From Epithemia pelagica (taxonomy: Eukaryota; Protista; Bacillariophyta), in contig OX337231.1 of the NCBI GenBank assembly GCA_946965045.2, positions 3,906,001 to 3,970,000 of the forward strand: a stretch of 64,000 nt of DNA. The letters are read 5' to 3'. Under the pieces are notes generated by a model that was not told the DNA's origin, did no database searches, and saw nothing but the letters and a program-made list of their open reading frames with translations. Shown in pieces: positions 22,270-34,384 of this stretch; positions within the stretch are counted from its first letter, which is position 1; each line of letters begins with the position of its first letter. Both the position numbers and the translations under genes were made by a program.

Positions 22270-24506
22270 CTACAACCAGGACCAACACGACGACAGGGCC
22301 CATGCCAACGACAGAAAAATCATGGATGGAACGACGACGACACGTCGTGGTGGTGCACTGGAACGCTGATTGGGTGCGGGTGTGGAACGACACCAGGCAT
22401 AGTCTCCCACACAGGGAGAATGACAGGCCGGACCGGTCCATTCCAAATCGGGACATAAACATTGACCTTCGAAACAGACACTGTTGCGATTGGGGACGGC
22501 ACTGAGTTGCGACGCGAGCTCGTCCAATTCATATCCCGTCAATGCTGCGTCCTTGTCTAGTCCCCCATTGGCACTGTTGCTGTGGAAATTGGCCAAGATT
22601 TGTTCCGTGGCGGTTATCTTGCCACAATCGGCATCGGTGAGACACGAGGCACCACCATGTTGGACTGTTTGCAAGGGTTCCTTGTTGATCCAGGAATTAA
22701 AGGTAAAGGCTTGCCAATTTTCGTCAATCAAGTCTTTGGTGGGATATCCGGGTGGATCGCATCCCAAGGTATGCGTCGGATCCTGCAAATCCTGATAGAC
22801 ACGGACAAAGTCAATCTTGTATTCGGCGGGTCGTTCGGGAGAAATGTCTTGACAAAAATCGGCAAACCACGCCGTCGTATCGGGACAGCGCAAACAATCG
22901 GGATTGGAACAATCCAAACAGGTCAATTCGCCACTGGGCGAACACATGCCCGTGGCGGCCATGCAGGCATTGTTGGGATCGCAGCCATTCCAGCCCCATC
23001 GGGGTGACACGTCCGTATTCAAAATCAAGTACATGGCTTCAAAGGGAATTTGCGGAATGGCATCGGCTGCGCCTGGTTTTTGATGCAACATGTCGGCCGT
23101 GACTTGATAAATCAATTCGTCACCAAAATACCATTTGACATAACCATCCTCCTTGCCACTTTGCCATTCCGTGCGAAGGACTGTTTGTTCGGTATAAAAG
23201 GATTCATCGTGATGCCAATTGCAGGACAAGCCGTCTTGCCACACTTCGGGTTCCAAGTTGATGGGCTGTATAGCAGCAACCACAAGGTTCCACAAAGAAG
23301 AAGAGTGGCGTGAGAAAATCAGCCCATCATACATGTGTATACACAAACACAACCATTCTGAATGTCACGACCGTCATGACTGGATACCGTTCTTACCTGC
23401 CCATACCAGTAATTGTTGATCATTCGAGGGGGTCGTTCGTTGTCTTCTTGTTGTGCCGACAGGGTTGTGGCATTGGTGTTGAGATCCAAGCCTTCAAAGT
23501 TGTAGGCCGGTCCTCCCATGGGATACAAGTCGGGATACCATTGACCAGGCTGGGGGAAATTGGGTGTCGTGGGACGCAATTGTGGATGGACCCCGGGCGC
23601 CACTTGCAAGGACGACGATATGAGAGGTCGTCGAATGGTATATTCCTGGACGGTTCCATCGGCAAATTCGACACTGTCATAGACCAAGGAAAAGCCTCCG
23701 GGTTGCGCTTCAATGATGTCAATTTCCGGACCGCCCCGACCGGCACCCTTGGGGTCGTCGCACTTGTTGTACCGCTGGGCCTGTTGGACCTCTTGGGCTT
23801 CGGTCGACACACCGCATTCGTCGTAACTGTACGGCCATACACCGTTGGAACTTTCCAAATAATTGGGACGGACCAAATTGCCCAGCATCTGTCGTATGCA
23901 ACACAAAACGACGGTGTGAGTATGGAGACTGGTTGACACATCCTAAGGGACCCGGTCAACAACAACAACCACAACAAGATTAATACGTACCCAAAAGGCG
24001 GGCCACAATCCACCTTGAAGAGCCGCTCCAGGCAGTTGAAACGAGATTTCAATCACACCCGAAGTGAAACAAAACTTGTTCCATGTGGTGAGCATACCGG
24101 ATTGATAAAAGCGTGAGAATTCATATTCTTGCCCGTTGTTGGGATCGTATTCCTTCCATTGCGCATCCGTGCGACTGGTCTGAATGACGAGGTTGCCATT
24201 TTCCGTCAAGACGTGGCTGCTGTTGTAGTATTGCAAGCCGGCATTGGTGACACCGGGACGATCTTCGGCCGTCCAACGAGTATCGGCGCCATCGTGAAAG
24301 GATCGACCGGGATCCAAAAACTCGTCGCTAAACACCAAGGACAAGGTACGACCGCCCATACCGGTAGTGGTGCGGGCATTGGTCGGTGTGGAGGGATCCA
24401 CCCACTCGTCATGATTCGAGCTGGAAACCAGAGAAGATTGTCCAAGTGCCAAGACACCCAGAACGGAAAGACAAAGACGATGGGGAAAGGAGGGAATGGA
24501 ATTCAT
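22270..24506 (-). CDS. GH16 Kre6/Skn1-like beta-1,6-glucan transglycosylase
   Basis: Signal peptide, LVFSDEF, YQSGMLTTWNKFCFTSG, GLWPAFW|MLGNL, catalytic PEIDIIE, MYLILN; introns 23990-23889 and 23396-23266; hydrophobic C-terminal tail. Confidence 0.9.
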
Positions 24507-25171
24507 GGTTTGGAGGAAACGATTGCGTTTTGAACTCAGTCAATGGTGGACGGAAATAAAGCGATTTCTGGACGAGAAACGGGCCAAAAAGTGAGACCGA
24601 TGGACACGGCCAGCCAGAAGAGCGGTTCCAAGTTCAAACCCATCATCAGTCGTAGGAGCCAAACGTTCATGGCCACGAACGAAAGCACGAGCAAGCAAGC
24701 AAGCATGGTAGCTTGTTTATAGATCGATCCGTTCTTTCATGTGTGCCAAAGTGGATACTTGTGTAGACAATCCAAGCTTGTCCTGGATCGAGGTTTTGCA
24801 ATGCATGTAGCTACCGGTTGGTGGCTCTCTCTCAAAAGATGAGAGCGAAAATTTTGGCAGGTAGCATCTTCTTAAGTATACCAGCAGTTTGTTCTGTCCG
24901 CTTAACGAAAGTTCCCCCCGATTGCAGTCCGGGATCCGGCATATAGGGCTCGATTGAGTCGTCCCGGGTTCGAGGTGCACTTTGCAATCCGGCTGGACCG
25001 AGTCTCTACACTAATCTTCATAGTCGGACGTGTCATTTGTGTGAGATTTCATCAAACGGAAGCAGCAACGACCAAAGACCATCTGACCGAGTCATGTCTT
25101 TCGCGCCGGGTGACCTGCACCTGTGGATTTTTGGCTACCTCGTTATTTTTACTATTTGACGGCCGTCAAAG

Positions 25172-25607
25172 CAGGGTGTTATTTTAGACTCGACCTCTGT
25201 CTAAAATAATTATACCCTTTTAGACCGGGTCTAAAAGTGGGGTTAACCCTTCAGTAGCGCCGCCACCACTGCGTGAGTAGGAGACCGTTCTGCCTCATTC
25301 ATCTCAATGCCATCGCAATGAACAAAGTAAGGTCTTAGTTATCCTCTCTCATGCTTAGAGAGTGCAAGAACAATGTTATCCATACCATCCAATAACTTAG
25401 ATGATGAAGCTATGAGGTCCTCTGGATGTGTTGTCATAGACAATGCTCGCTCTTAGTAGCTGGCTGTCTAGGGTTAGGGTTATTGCTTCGCCGTACAAAA
25501 CCACGGAGAGATTTTAGACCCTGTCTTAGACATTTTATACAGTCTAAAAGTACTCTTAGATTTATTTTAGACCCGAAATATCTTAGACTGTCTAAACGGT
25601 CACCCTG
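25172..25607. mobile_element. Non-autonomous DNA transposon (MITE), 436 bp, 7-bp TSD
   Basis: Imperfect TIR CAGGGTG-N4-TTTAGAC at both ends; GTCAAAG duplicated at 25165-25171 and 25608-25614; many subterminal TTTTAGAC/GTCTAAAA repeats. Confidence 0.85.
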
Positions 25608-26417
25608 GTCAAAGGGGCCGTTATTCCTCTAAGAATGAGCACGTGGAGTTGTTAAAGGACTTTTTCATGCATTGACGTAAGACAAGACCGCGACATGTAA
25701 TCTCTTTAGTGAAACTCCAAAGAATGCCGAGAGACATGATCAGGACAGTGAGTGATCGAATACAATAGCGAGGCGACGCACTATCGCTGAGTCGACAAAG
25801 GTGCACCATAGAATAGCCTTTCAAAAGAGACTGGACGGGCCAGCGGATACGACTTATGCCTGATCCGTCCCTGCAAAGCTCAACAACGCGAACCTGCGAA
25901 CGCCACATTTTCAGTCACCAGGCGCGACGACACATACAAAAACCAAAACGATGCCCGGATTTGCAGTCAGGGAGCCAACAATACAACAAACCACAAGCAA
26001 TCCTTGTTGTCGCTTGGACTCGCTCAACGACCGTATCAAGCTAGAGTCCCGGTAGTCGACCTCCACGATTGACCGAGGAGACCCTCTGTTTTTTGGCGGG
26101 TCACGATCCATGCGTGTTCTGGCACATGTTCGTGTACGCGGATGGAGTGTTGATCGGGCCGCCAAGACGTCCCACAAGCACTGCTGGTCGTCAGCCGGTC
26201 GTTGCGGCCATCTTTCTGGTCCATTTGATCAGAAAGATGCGCAGCTTGAAATAGGCATATCGAGATACTAGGATGCCACAAGGAAAGATAGCTTTAAACG
26301 TTCCTCTCTAGTTACGAAGATGAATGCAGTGCGTGGTTTGCTGCTCTAATCGTCATTGTACTCGTCCTCCTCCAATGAATTGTCTTGTCTTTTGTGGGGT
26401 ACTCCGTCCATGGCCTA

Positions 26418-28518
26418 TTAATGAGACGACATGCCCACGGCTCCCTTGAACGCTTCATCGATAACCTCGGACAAGGTAGGGTGCGTCTGGAAACGGTAGT
26501 AAATTGGAATCATTGCATCGATGCAAACAAATGTTGCGAGTGTACAAGAACAGATACAAAAAACAAGAGAGAAACAGCGTTGAGAATCATTCTCGGAAAG
26601 CATTGGCGTCTAGTCTCAGCGTATTGAGACAAAACATGAAAAAGTCAAACTTACATGAACCATCATGGAGAGTTCTTGTACGGTAGTTCCAGCGGCCACG
26701 GCGTTGGCACATTCTTGAATCAAATCGGCAGCGTGCAATCCCATAATGTGGACTGCGACAACCTTTCCAGTATCCTTACGGAACAACACCTTGGCCATAC
26801 CGTTGCCTTCTCCTTCGGCCAAAGCCTTGGAGTTGGCCCGGAAACTGCCCTTGGATTTGCCCAATTCCCAGCCTTCCTTGGCGGCCAATTCAATCGCCTG
26901 TTCTTCCGTCGGTCCCACCATGGCAATTTCGGGATGGGTAAAGCAGGCGGCTGGCACGGCATCGTGGTTGACGGTATGAGTTCGTCCGCAAATATTCTCC
27001 ACGGCGGAAATACCTTGGGCCGAAGCGGCATGGGCCAACATCATTTTACCATTGGCATCACCAATGCAATACAAGTTGGGAACCACTTCGCCGTCTTCTT
27101 GCTTGGTCATGACTTGCATCTTGTCCGTCACGGCCACAAAGCCTCGTTGCGTTTCAATGCCCCGATCTTCCAATCCCATGTCCTTGGTGTTGGGCACACG
27201 TCCAGTCGCAACCATGCAGGCATCCACTTCCAAGGTTTCTACGTGTTCTCTGGAATCCAAAACAAACAAACGTGAAAGTGTCATGTGTGAGACAAACGCC
27301 AAGACTCCACGACACGAGAGCCACAGGTGAAACAGCACCCGATTTCAAAACGGATTGGCCGAAACCACATGCGGTCCAACACAATGATCCATCCACAACG
27401 CGCGACCTACGAACCCAACAATCCAACACACTGCCTCACAACGGCACGTACTTGGTTTTGGCATCAATCATTTTGATAGTGACGGGCTTTTCTCCGGGAA
27501 TACCGGGTGTGACTTCGGAGGCAAAGACACTGGTGCGGTAATCAATGGGCCGGTCCCGAATCAAGAATCGTTCGGCCAATTTGGCAATTTCCCGATCAAA
27601 AGTGGGCATGAGTTGATCCATGGCTTCGATAAATGTCACTTCACTGCCCAGTGCCGTGTAGACATCGGAAAATTCCAATCCAATGTAGCCCGAGCCGACA
27701 ATCGCCACCCATTCCGGAACGTATTGCAATTCCAAGGCACCGTCCGACGTAAAGACCGTCTTTTCATCGACAGTGATACCGGGAGGCACAAAGGGGATGC
27801 TACCCGGAGCCAAAATGATATCCTACTCAAACCAACGACGACATCAAGGTCAGTTACGGTACACACAAGAACAGGCAAATAAGATAGAAAAAATCAAACA
27901 AAAAGTCAGGATCAAACGTCGAGTCGATGGCTCATTCATGTTTTCAGAGGTCTACAAATCTCTTACCTTGGCAGTGTAGACTTTGCCGGTGGCCAAGTCG
28001 ATAATTTCATGTGGATTGGCCGTCAAACTGCCCCTTCCTTCCAAGACATCACAGCCCAAGGCGGTCAAGGAACCCTCCAAATTGCTCTTGACGCGGCTGG
28101 CCAAATTGGCTGCATGGGCCGCCAAGGCAGCCCGATCGTATGTGACCGCCTCTTGACTGGCTTGGTCCGATTCGTCCGACCCTTGAATGCGAATGCCCAA
28201 TTCGGCCAAATGGGAGACATCGCGCATTTCTCGGACTCGACCCGATGCGGCCAACAAGGCCTTGCTGGGCACACATCCACGGTTGACACAGGTTCCTCCC
28301 ACATCGCCACCGGCAAAGACGGCTGTTTTCAAATCTTGGGCCCGGGCATGCAAGGCGGCACCATGGCCACCCACACCACACCCAATAATGGCCACATCAA
28401 AATCAAACTCTCCGGTGGAGGAATAGAGTGGATTGCTGGCACGAAAGGAGGTTGTCGTCTGTCGGACAAAGGCTGTCGCCGTGACAAAGGTGGCAAGAAT
28501 CGCAACGGCTGATCTCAT
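26418..28518 (-). CDS. lpd: Plastid dihydrolipoamide dehydrogenase (E3)
   Basis: Leader TATA-FVR; IIGCGVGG; [13 protein letters not shown] redox motif; [11 protein letters not shown]; [17 protein letters not shown]; HTHPTLSE; introns 27966-27823, 27451-27250 and 26653-26487. Confidence 0.95.
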
Positions 28519-29634
28519 TGTGATGATGGTGTGAAACGAGTTGTTGAATCGAAAAGAGAGTGTTTTCCAAATCCTTTCCAGTCGATGTCGTTGATATCCA
28601 ACTACTAGCTATCAACAGAGCAGATGTTGTCAAGAATCGTACCTAGTTTGTAAACTTTTCGATCGCCACAAGACGATGATGATGGATGAAACGAGAGATG
28701 TGATTGACGACAACCTTGGTTGTCAAAGCAAGCGTCATCATCCCCTTCCTCCAAATCTTTCTCTCGATGTGGTGCACACACATCACCCAGCAAAAGGGAC
28801 ATAGACTATGTGCTATGCGGGGTTGGACCACGTACGCATGTGCTTCCGAATGGATTCCTCAGCGACATCACACCGCGAATGATGCGCGACTAGTTGATCG
28901 CATGAAGGAGAATCGCATTCTAAGGACAATCGCATTCCAATCACTTGATCTCGCCGATAGATCGCTTGTACTTCTTGTATCCCAGTGAGCATGAAGTTTC
29001 AAGTTTCCCAAGGTTCCGATTTCTTGTTCTGCGGGAGAACTTTGTCAGGGGCCGGGCAAAGCAGATTCTTAACGGAAACCTCAGAAATCAGAACCTACTC
29101 GTGAAGAGTGAGCTGAGTGCCGAGTGAATGAGAAAAAAATAATGAGACGCTGGAAACTGGAAAAGCAAACATTAGCTATTAGTTCGTAGGAGTAGTTATC
29201 AGTTATCAGTTCGTATTTTCAAAGATGTACTATAGCAGATAGCAGTATGATGTATGATGTAGGGACGTAAAGTACGTAGTACTGGTACTTACAGACTTCA
29301 GAGACAGATTGCTGTATCAGGTCCACTATTGCCTTGAGGATGGACGATAAGTAGTGATAGAATAATATAGACCCAACCAAACGAACTTCTAATTCCTTGG
29401 AGGTGTCACTCGAGCTCATCTTTTGGCAACCATGAACCATGACCTTAACAGTGGTTGCGAAGAACGGCAACCACGGTAACAATGAGACCAAAGACAAAAG
29501 ACAATCTCTGACAAACTGAAAAAACAAATTATCTGTGTTTTATCGTGGCGCTAGACCAAGTAATCTGGTTGATATCGTAGTGACAAAACCAGTAGTTACA
29601 TGATAATGAACGAATGTAGATCGAGAACTTGGTT

Positions 29635-30642
29635 TCAACACTTGATGTTGTTCACAGCATCCTCTTTCTCATCGTCCATGAACATTTTATCCATTTCATC
29701 CGGTTCGATCACGGCGAACAGATCGTCGAGAATGCGGTGCAGACCTGGTTTGGCCTCCATGGGTTGATTTGGAGAAGTGACCTGGTGCTGTTGTGGTTGT
29801 TGAGGTGGAGGAGGAGTAAGTGGATAGTGGAGTGACAAAAGCACCCGCAAATCCCATTGACGCGAATTGGATGGATCACTGTGCAAACACAGGCCCGGAT
29901 CCGGAAAACAAGAGGACTGCGCGAGATTGGGCTTTGGTGCAGGTTGAGTGTGGCAACAATCCGAAGTAACCATTTCTCCCTCATCATTCCACCCGGAACG
30001 AATGGGTTCTGCATTTAGTCCATTCGTTTCTAGAGCAAAACCTCCTTGTGGATACTGAGGCACAGCAACGTGCTCCTGCTGCACATCCTGCTGTTGACTT
30101 GGGCGGTGGTAACCTTCTTTCTCCTCCCACTTTCTCAGTGCTTCGGCATGATCCTGCTTTTCCAAAAGCGCTTGATGTTGCAATAACTTTCGTGTTTTCT
30201 TGTCTAGTTTCTTCCATCGTTGAGCCACAGTCCGAGCCAGTTGCGAAAACCCAATTTTTCCATGAGTCTTTCGATGGACTCGCTTCCCCCGACGTTTGTG
30301 TTCCAAACTAGCCAGTCGGATTTCCTCGGCCGTAATGGCCCCTTCAACTTCTTCGTTTCCATGCTCTAGAGCAGTGAGGATGCGTTTGCGTTCCACTTGA
30401 AAAAACAAGTTGTAGGCATTCAACGGATTCTTGGGCCGAGGCGTTTGTGGAGAGGGTTCCGTAACGGGCAGCGAAGCACGGCACAACGAGTGCATCATTG
30501 GATCGATGGAAAGAGTGGGGTCCACATGCCACGGCAATGCAGATTCAGCTTGTTGACTAACAAGAGCATTACTTGAAGTGATACCTCGAATCATTTTTGC
30601 AGTTCTGCTACAATCTATTGGTTTAGAATCTTGACCTTTCAC
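29635..30642 (-). CDS. HMG-box protein (HMG3)
   Basis: RPKNPLNAYNLFFQVERKRIL...HGKIGFSQLARTVAQRWKKL. Confidence 0.9.
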   Translation of the reverse strand: MKGQDSKPIDCSRTAKMIRGITSSNALVSQQAESALPWHVDPTLSIDPMMHSLCRASLPVTEPSPQTPRPKNPLNAYNLFFQVERKRILTALEHGNEEVEGAITAEEIRLASLEHKRRGKRVHRKTHGKIGFSQLARTVAQRWKKLDKKTRKLLQHQALLEKQDHAEALRKWEEKEGYHRPSQQQDVQQEHVAVPQYPQGGFALETNGLNAEPIRSGWNDEGEMVTSDCCHTQPAPKPNLAQSSCFPDPGLCLHSDPSNSRQWDLRVLLSLHYPLTPPPPQQPQQHQVTSPNQPMEAKPGLHRILDDLFAVIEPDEMDKMFMDDEKEDAVNNIKC

Positions 30643-31256
30643 ATTGTACTACATAGGATTGGCACGGAAATCTTACCTTTTGGAGGAAATGGATGAAAAA
30701 TGAAAACGAATGTTGGTCTAGGCTTGCGATGGAAAATGGCTAGAGCGATGGTCGGTCAGCTGTCAACACAATCAATCCGAGGGATGGATGGAGAAATGAA
30801 TTCGCGGCGGGTGAAACCTTGTTGGTCGATATTCTGGACGCGGTGGTTATCCGAAAAGGAAAAGGTAGCATGTGCAAGTCGATCGTTTGATATAATATAT
30901 AAAATATTATGTTCTGGTGCAGTCTGTTGTTTGCATCGGAGTATCGGAGGTTTTCCCCTGAATAGAGCTCACATAGTTAATTGTCTGAGGCGAGGACATG
31001 ATGTTGTGATATTGGATTGGGTTGGCCGTTTGTATCGACGTCTCTCACGACCAAACCACCTTCTAGATAGGAGCTAGGAGTACATACAACATTAGTGATT
31101 GGGTCGTCAGAGCCATTGCTAGGTAGTCTATCCAGTCGCTAAAGGCTACCTACCTAGTTGCCGCTTCACTTACGAATTTCATATCGAAAATCGTGACTTG
31201 TTACTTGAATTATTTTGTTGGTCCATCATATTGGCCAAAAAGTCATGATTAGAAAA

Positions 31257-32139
31257 TAGAGCTGGGTCAAGCAACAGCTTTATTCTGCTGGAGAACTCAA
31301 GCGCTTGAGCGACCAAATTCAAGCGCTCAAGCGCTCAAGCGGCAGCGAACAGGGGCTAACACGGGAAACTATGGCAATAGACTCATCGCAATACCTCTAG
31401 TGAAATGGTAACTACTCTTATTATGTTACTGATATGCAATGGAAACTCTGTTAGAAGATACTTCCCCAGTTCTCACGCAAAAAATGGAGATCAGAAACTG
31501 TTGAAGGATCAAAGTATGATTGTTTTGGCGTGATTATACTGAATGCCCGTTCAGAGGAGGCTGCTGTTGCCGGCATGGCAAGATACTTAAGAGCAAGTCG
31601 CCAAATATTGGGAAACTCAGTTGCCTTTCCTTTCCACCAAGAGAGCAAAGGCTCTTGTGCAACTTTCGTCCCAGCCTTGTTCACGTAGTACATTTTAAGT
31701 CCTGCCGTTGTACGGAACTTGTCAATTTCAAGACGGCAGATGGTAGCATAGGATACCCCTCCACTAAAGCTCTTCCTGGAGTCTCCATTGGCATCCTCTT
31801 CGTCATCTCCCAGTGTGTCACTGACTTCAAACTCCACTTCTGTCCTTGCCCTCTTGGTTGGAGAAGGAACTTCCTGCTATTAGTTCCTCTTCGGACACTT
31901 GCTCATCATTATCATCATCTGGATGGTATGATGACTCATTCTCGTCATCACTGGAGTTCTCGGGCATTTTGGAGAGGTGTGAAGGGCAGATGAATGTGGA
32001 TTTTTGCTACGTTTAGGGACTTTCCGGTAGTCCGGGTGCTTGAGCGCTTGAGCTCTCAAGCAACACCCTTTCTGCGCTGGAGCTCCTCAAGCGCTTGAGA
32101 AGTCAAGCGCTTGAGCGCTTGACGCATGACCCAGCTCTA
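31257..32139. mobile_element. hAT-superfamily deletion derivative, 883 bp
   Basis: TIR TAGAGCTGGGTCA at both ends; perfect 8-bp TSD TTAGAAAA (31249-31256 and 32140-32147); subterminal TCAAGCGCTTGA repeats; internal transposase fragment. Confidence 0.93.
31451..31837 (-). pseudogene. hAT transposase C-terminal dimerisation-domain fragment
   Basis: PLLSWWK...EFPNIWRLALKYLAMPATAASSERAFS. Confidence 0.88.
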
Positions 32140-34384
32140 TTAGAAAAGCTATCGTAGATTGTAGCTCTATCATCTGTAAGGTCGACATGGATGATTCTGA
32201 AGAAGGCAGGGAATCCAGAAAACTTGATGCAGATCTGAATCGACACGAGGATTCGCCAGTCGGTTCGGATTTTCACATTGCTTACGCAGAACCTTATCTG
32301 TTAGGACCTTTGTGGGCGTATGAATAGAATAGCGAAGGATAACCCGAGTTCGAGAGTTTTCTAGTCCTAGTTTCTGCCGTTTCATCCCGAAAGAATCATG
32401 TTCCCATAGCAAAGACAATCGAAGTTATATCATTGAAGCTGAACGTGGTCGATATCGTACACGGTATACGTTATGCCTTTTCGACTTTTCGCATATTTTC
32501 TAGAATCCCATTGCGATTGCGAACTTGGACTACGACCGTGTACCGTGTACCGTGCATATGCAATGTGCAATGTGCATGAGAATGGACAAAACAGAACTTC
32601 CTCCGGAAGAAAGACTCCGGTGAGGTTTCGATTTCCATTTTCGATATGTCGGCACGAGTTGCCCCTAGAATAAACTCGATGCGGTTTGAGTCACGAGCGC
32701 GAGGGAGTTAAATATTCGTATTATTTGTTATTGACATTCAAGAGCATAGAAAGGGACGAAACTTACTCCTAGCTATTGCGATTCGGATAAGTTATGGACA
32801 TTTATAATATATGAATAGCTATACACCTTATCCTTCGTTTTTTGCTGGACAATGGGGCAGCGATAGTTTTAACAGAGAATAAAGAGCGGGCGTAGAAACC
32901 TAGCTGAACTTCCTCTGACTAATCATGACTTGTTTACGCTACAAGAACCAAAACAACCTATCTTTCCCTGTTGAATGTTCTTCGGCGTGGCATCCAGTGA
33001 CCATTGTCGGACCTGTTGAACGAGCACAGAAATCGGGAGCAAGAATGACCAGCTTTGTCAACCAGAGAGCTACGTACGCTATAACTCTCTCCTTGAGAGT
33101 GAATGGGCTAGACCTCTAGACAGCACACTCCTACTGCTAGAGGAGTATTTCAGATGGTGGTGTTGCTGGTACCCTCGAGTAATAAAAAGCTATCTATGTA
33201 CAGAAGAGACTCTTGAAAGAAAGTCAGAACTTGCAGTATTTGGTCAAGTCGAAATAGGAGAATGTTTTTGATGCAAGTGACGTACTGACAGTCATCTCGA
33301 TGAATGAAGTTTCGTCATTTGGACAGAAGGACAATCCCAACTTGACTTTCGTCGAGAGTTGGGTTGTTAGAAGCTTCATTGGGACGGACTATCTTCACCT
33401 TTTGAAATGCCCATGCTTATTCGTGTGAAAATTGAAAATGTTCAGGTACACTTCGTTTCTATACTTCTAAGTGACGTAGGGCAACAGGACATTCCTACGA
33501 CATGGTTCACTCGGAATAATTCCATTCGATCTTAAAGTGTCTTTCGGTATCCGGTATTGCCAATTGCCAATTGCGTCTGTCAGCAGAAGGTATTTCGCTG
33601 GTGACTGGTGACTGTAGCACTTATAGCTATGAGCTACAATATGAAATAATAATGGACTTCGGGGGGGATTTTATTCGTCGAACCCCCGCATTCTTTGTTC
33701 GAAAGATTGGATTGAAATTTTCGCGTGCTTGCGCTACTAGCAAAATTGTTCTGTAGCAAATAAATAACAAAATTCAGCTACCGCGAAGCCAACATTTTCT
33801 CCATCGGCCATTTCGCCAAAGCCTCTATGAACCACGCCATCATCTCCGGCCTGGCAACCCACGCAAACAACAGTATCGCTGCCATCAGAGCCCATAATCC
33901 ACGACAACAAGTCCGCACAACACAAATGAACAATCTTGCCCGGCCGAATTTTGCTCCGGTTACACCGCATATTCCCCAATACCGACGGTCAAACTTACAA
34001 CCGACTCACCTGACGACCCCACAGAGGGGGAAGAATCCGGAGTACTTCCAGCCCACTCAAACATGAGGACACGAATGAGGTGGATGGCACGGCCGAACAG
34101 GGAGGCAAGAAAACCCGAAGAGAAAGAAGAATGCAACAGCACCAATGGGTGATCAGATCCTTGGTGACCTGTCCATTCTTCTTTCCAACGATTTATGACC
34201 GTCGAATGTTTGTTGGGCCGAATAATCGAACTCGGACAACAGGTGGGCGTTCCCTTTTTGATCGATTCTTTGGCACCAAACAAGATTATCTTATAAAATG
34301 GTATCCGAACAACGATTGCCGCAACACCGTGGTGGCTGCGCAGACAAAGGCTCTGGTCCAGCTCCATCCAATAGCATCGCCACC

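Noticed and set aside
25468-25482. Telomeric TTAGGG repeat
   Set aside because: Only about 2 units, inside a MITE; compatible with chance
25620-26280. Short ORFs next to the MITE as a transposase remnant
   Set aside because: No DDE or other motif recognised in the frames examined
33827-34066. 79-aa ORF upstream of HMG4
   Set aside because: No motif or splice evidence; could be a uORF but is unsupported
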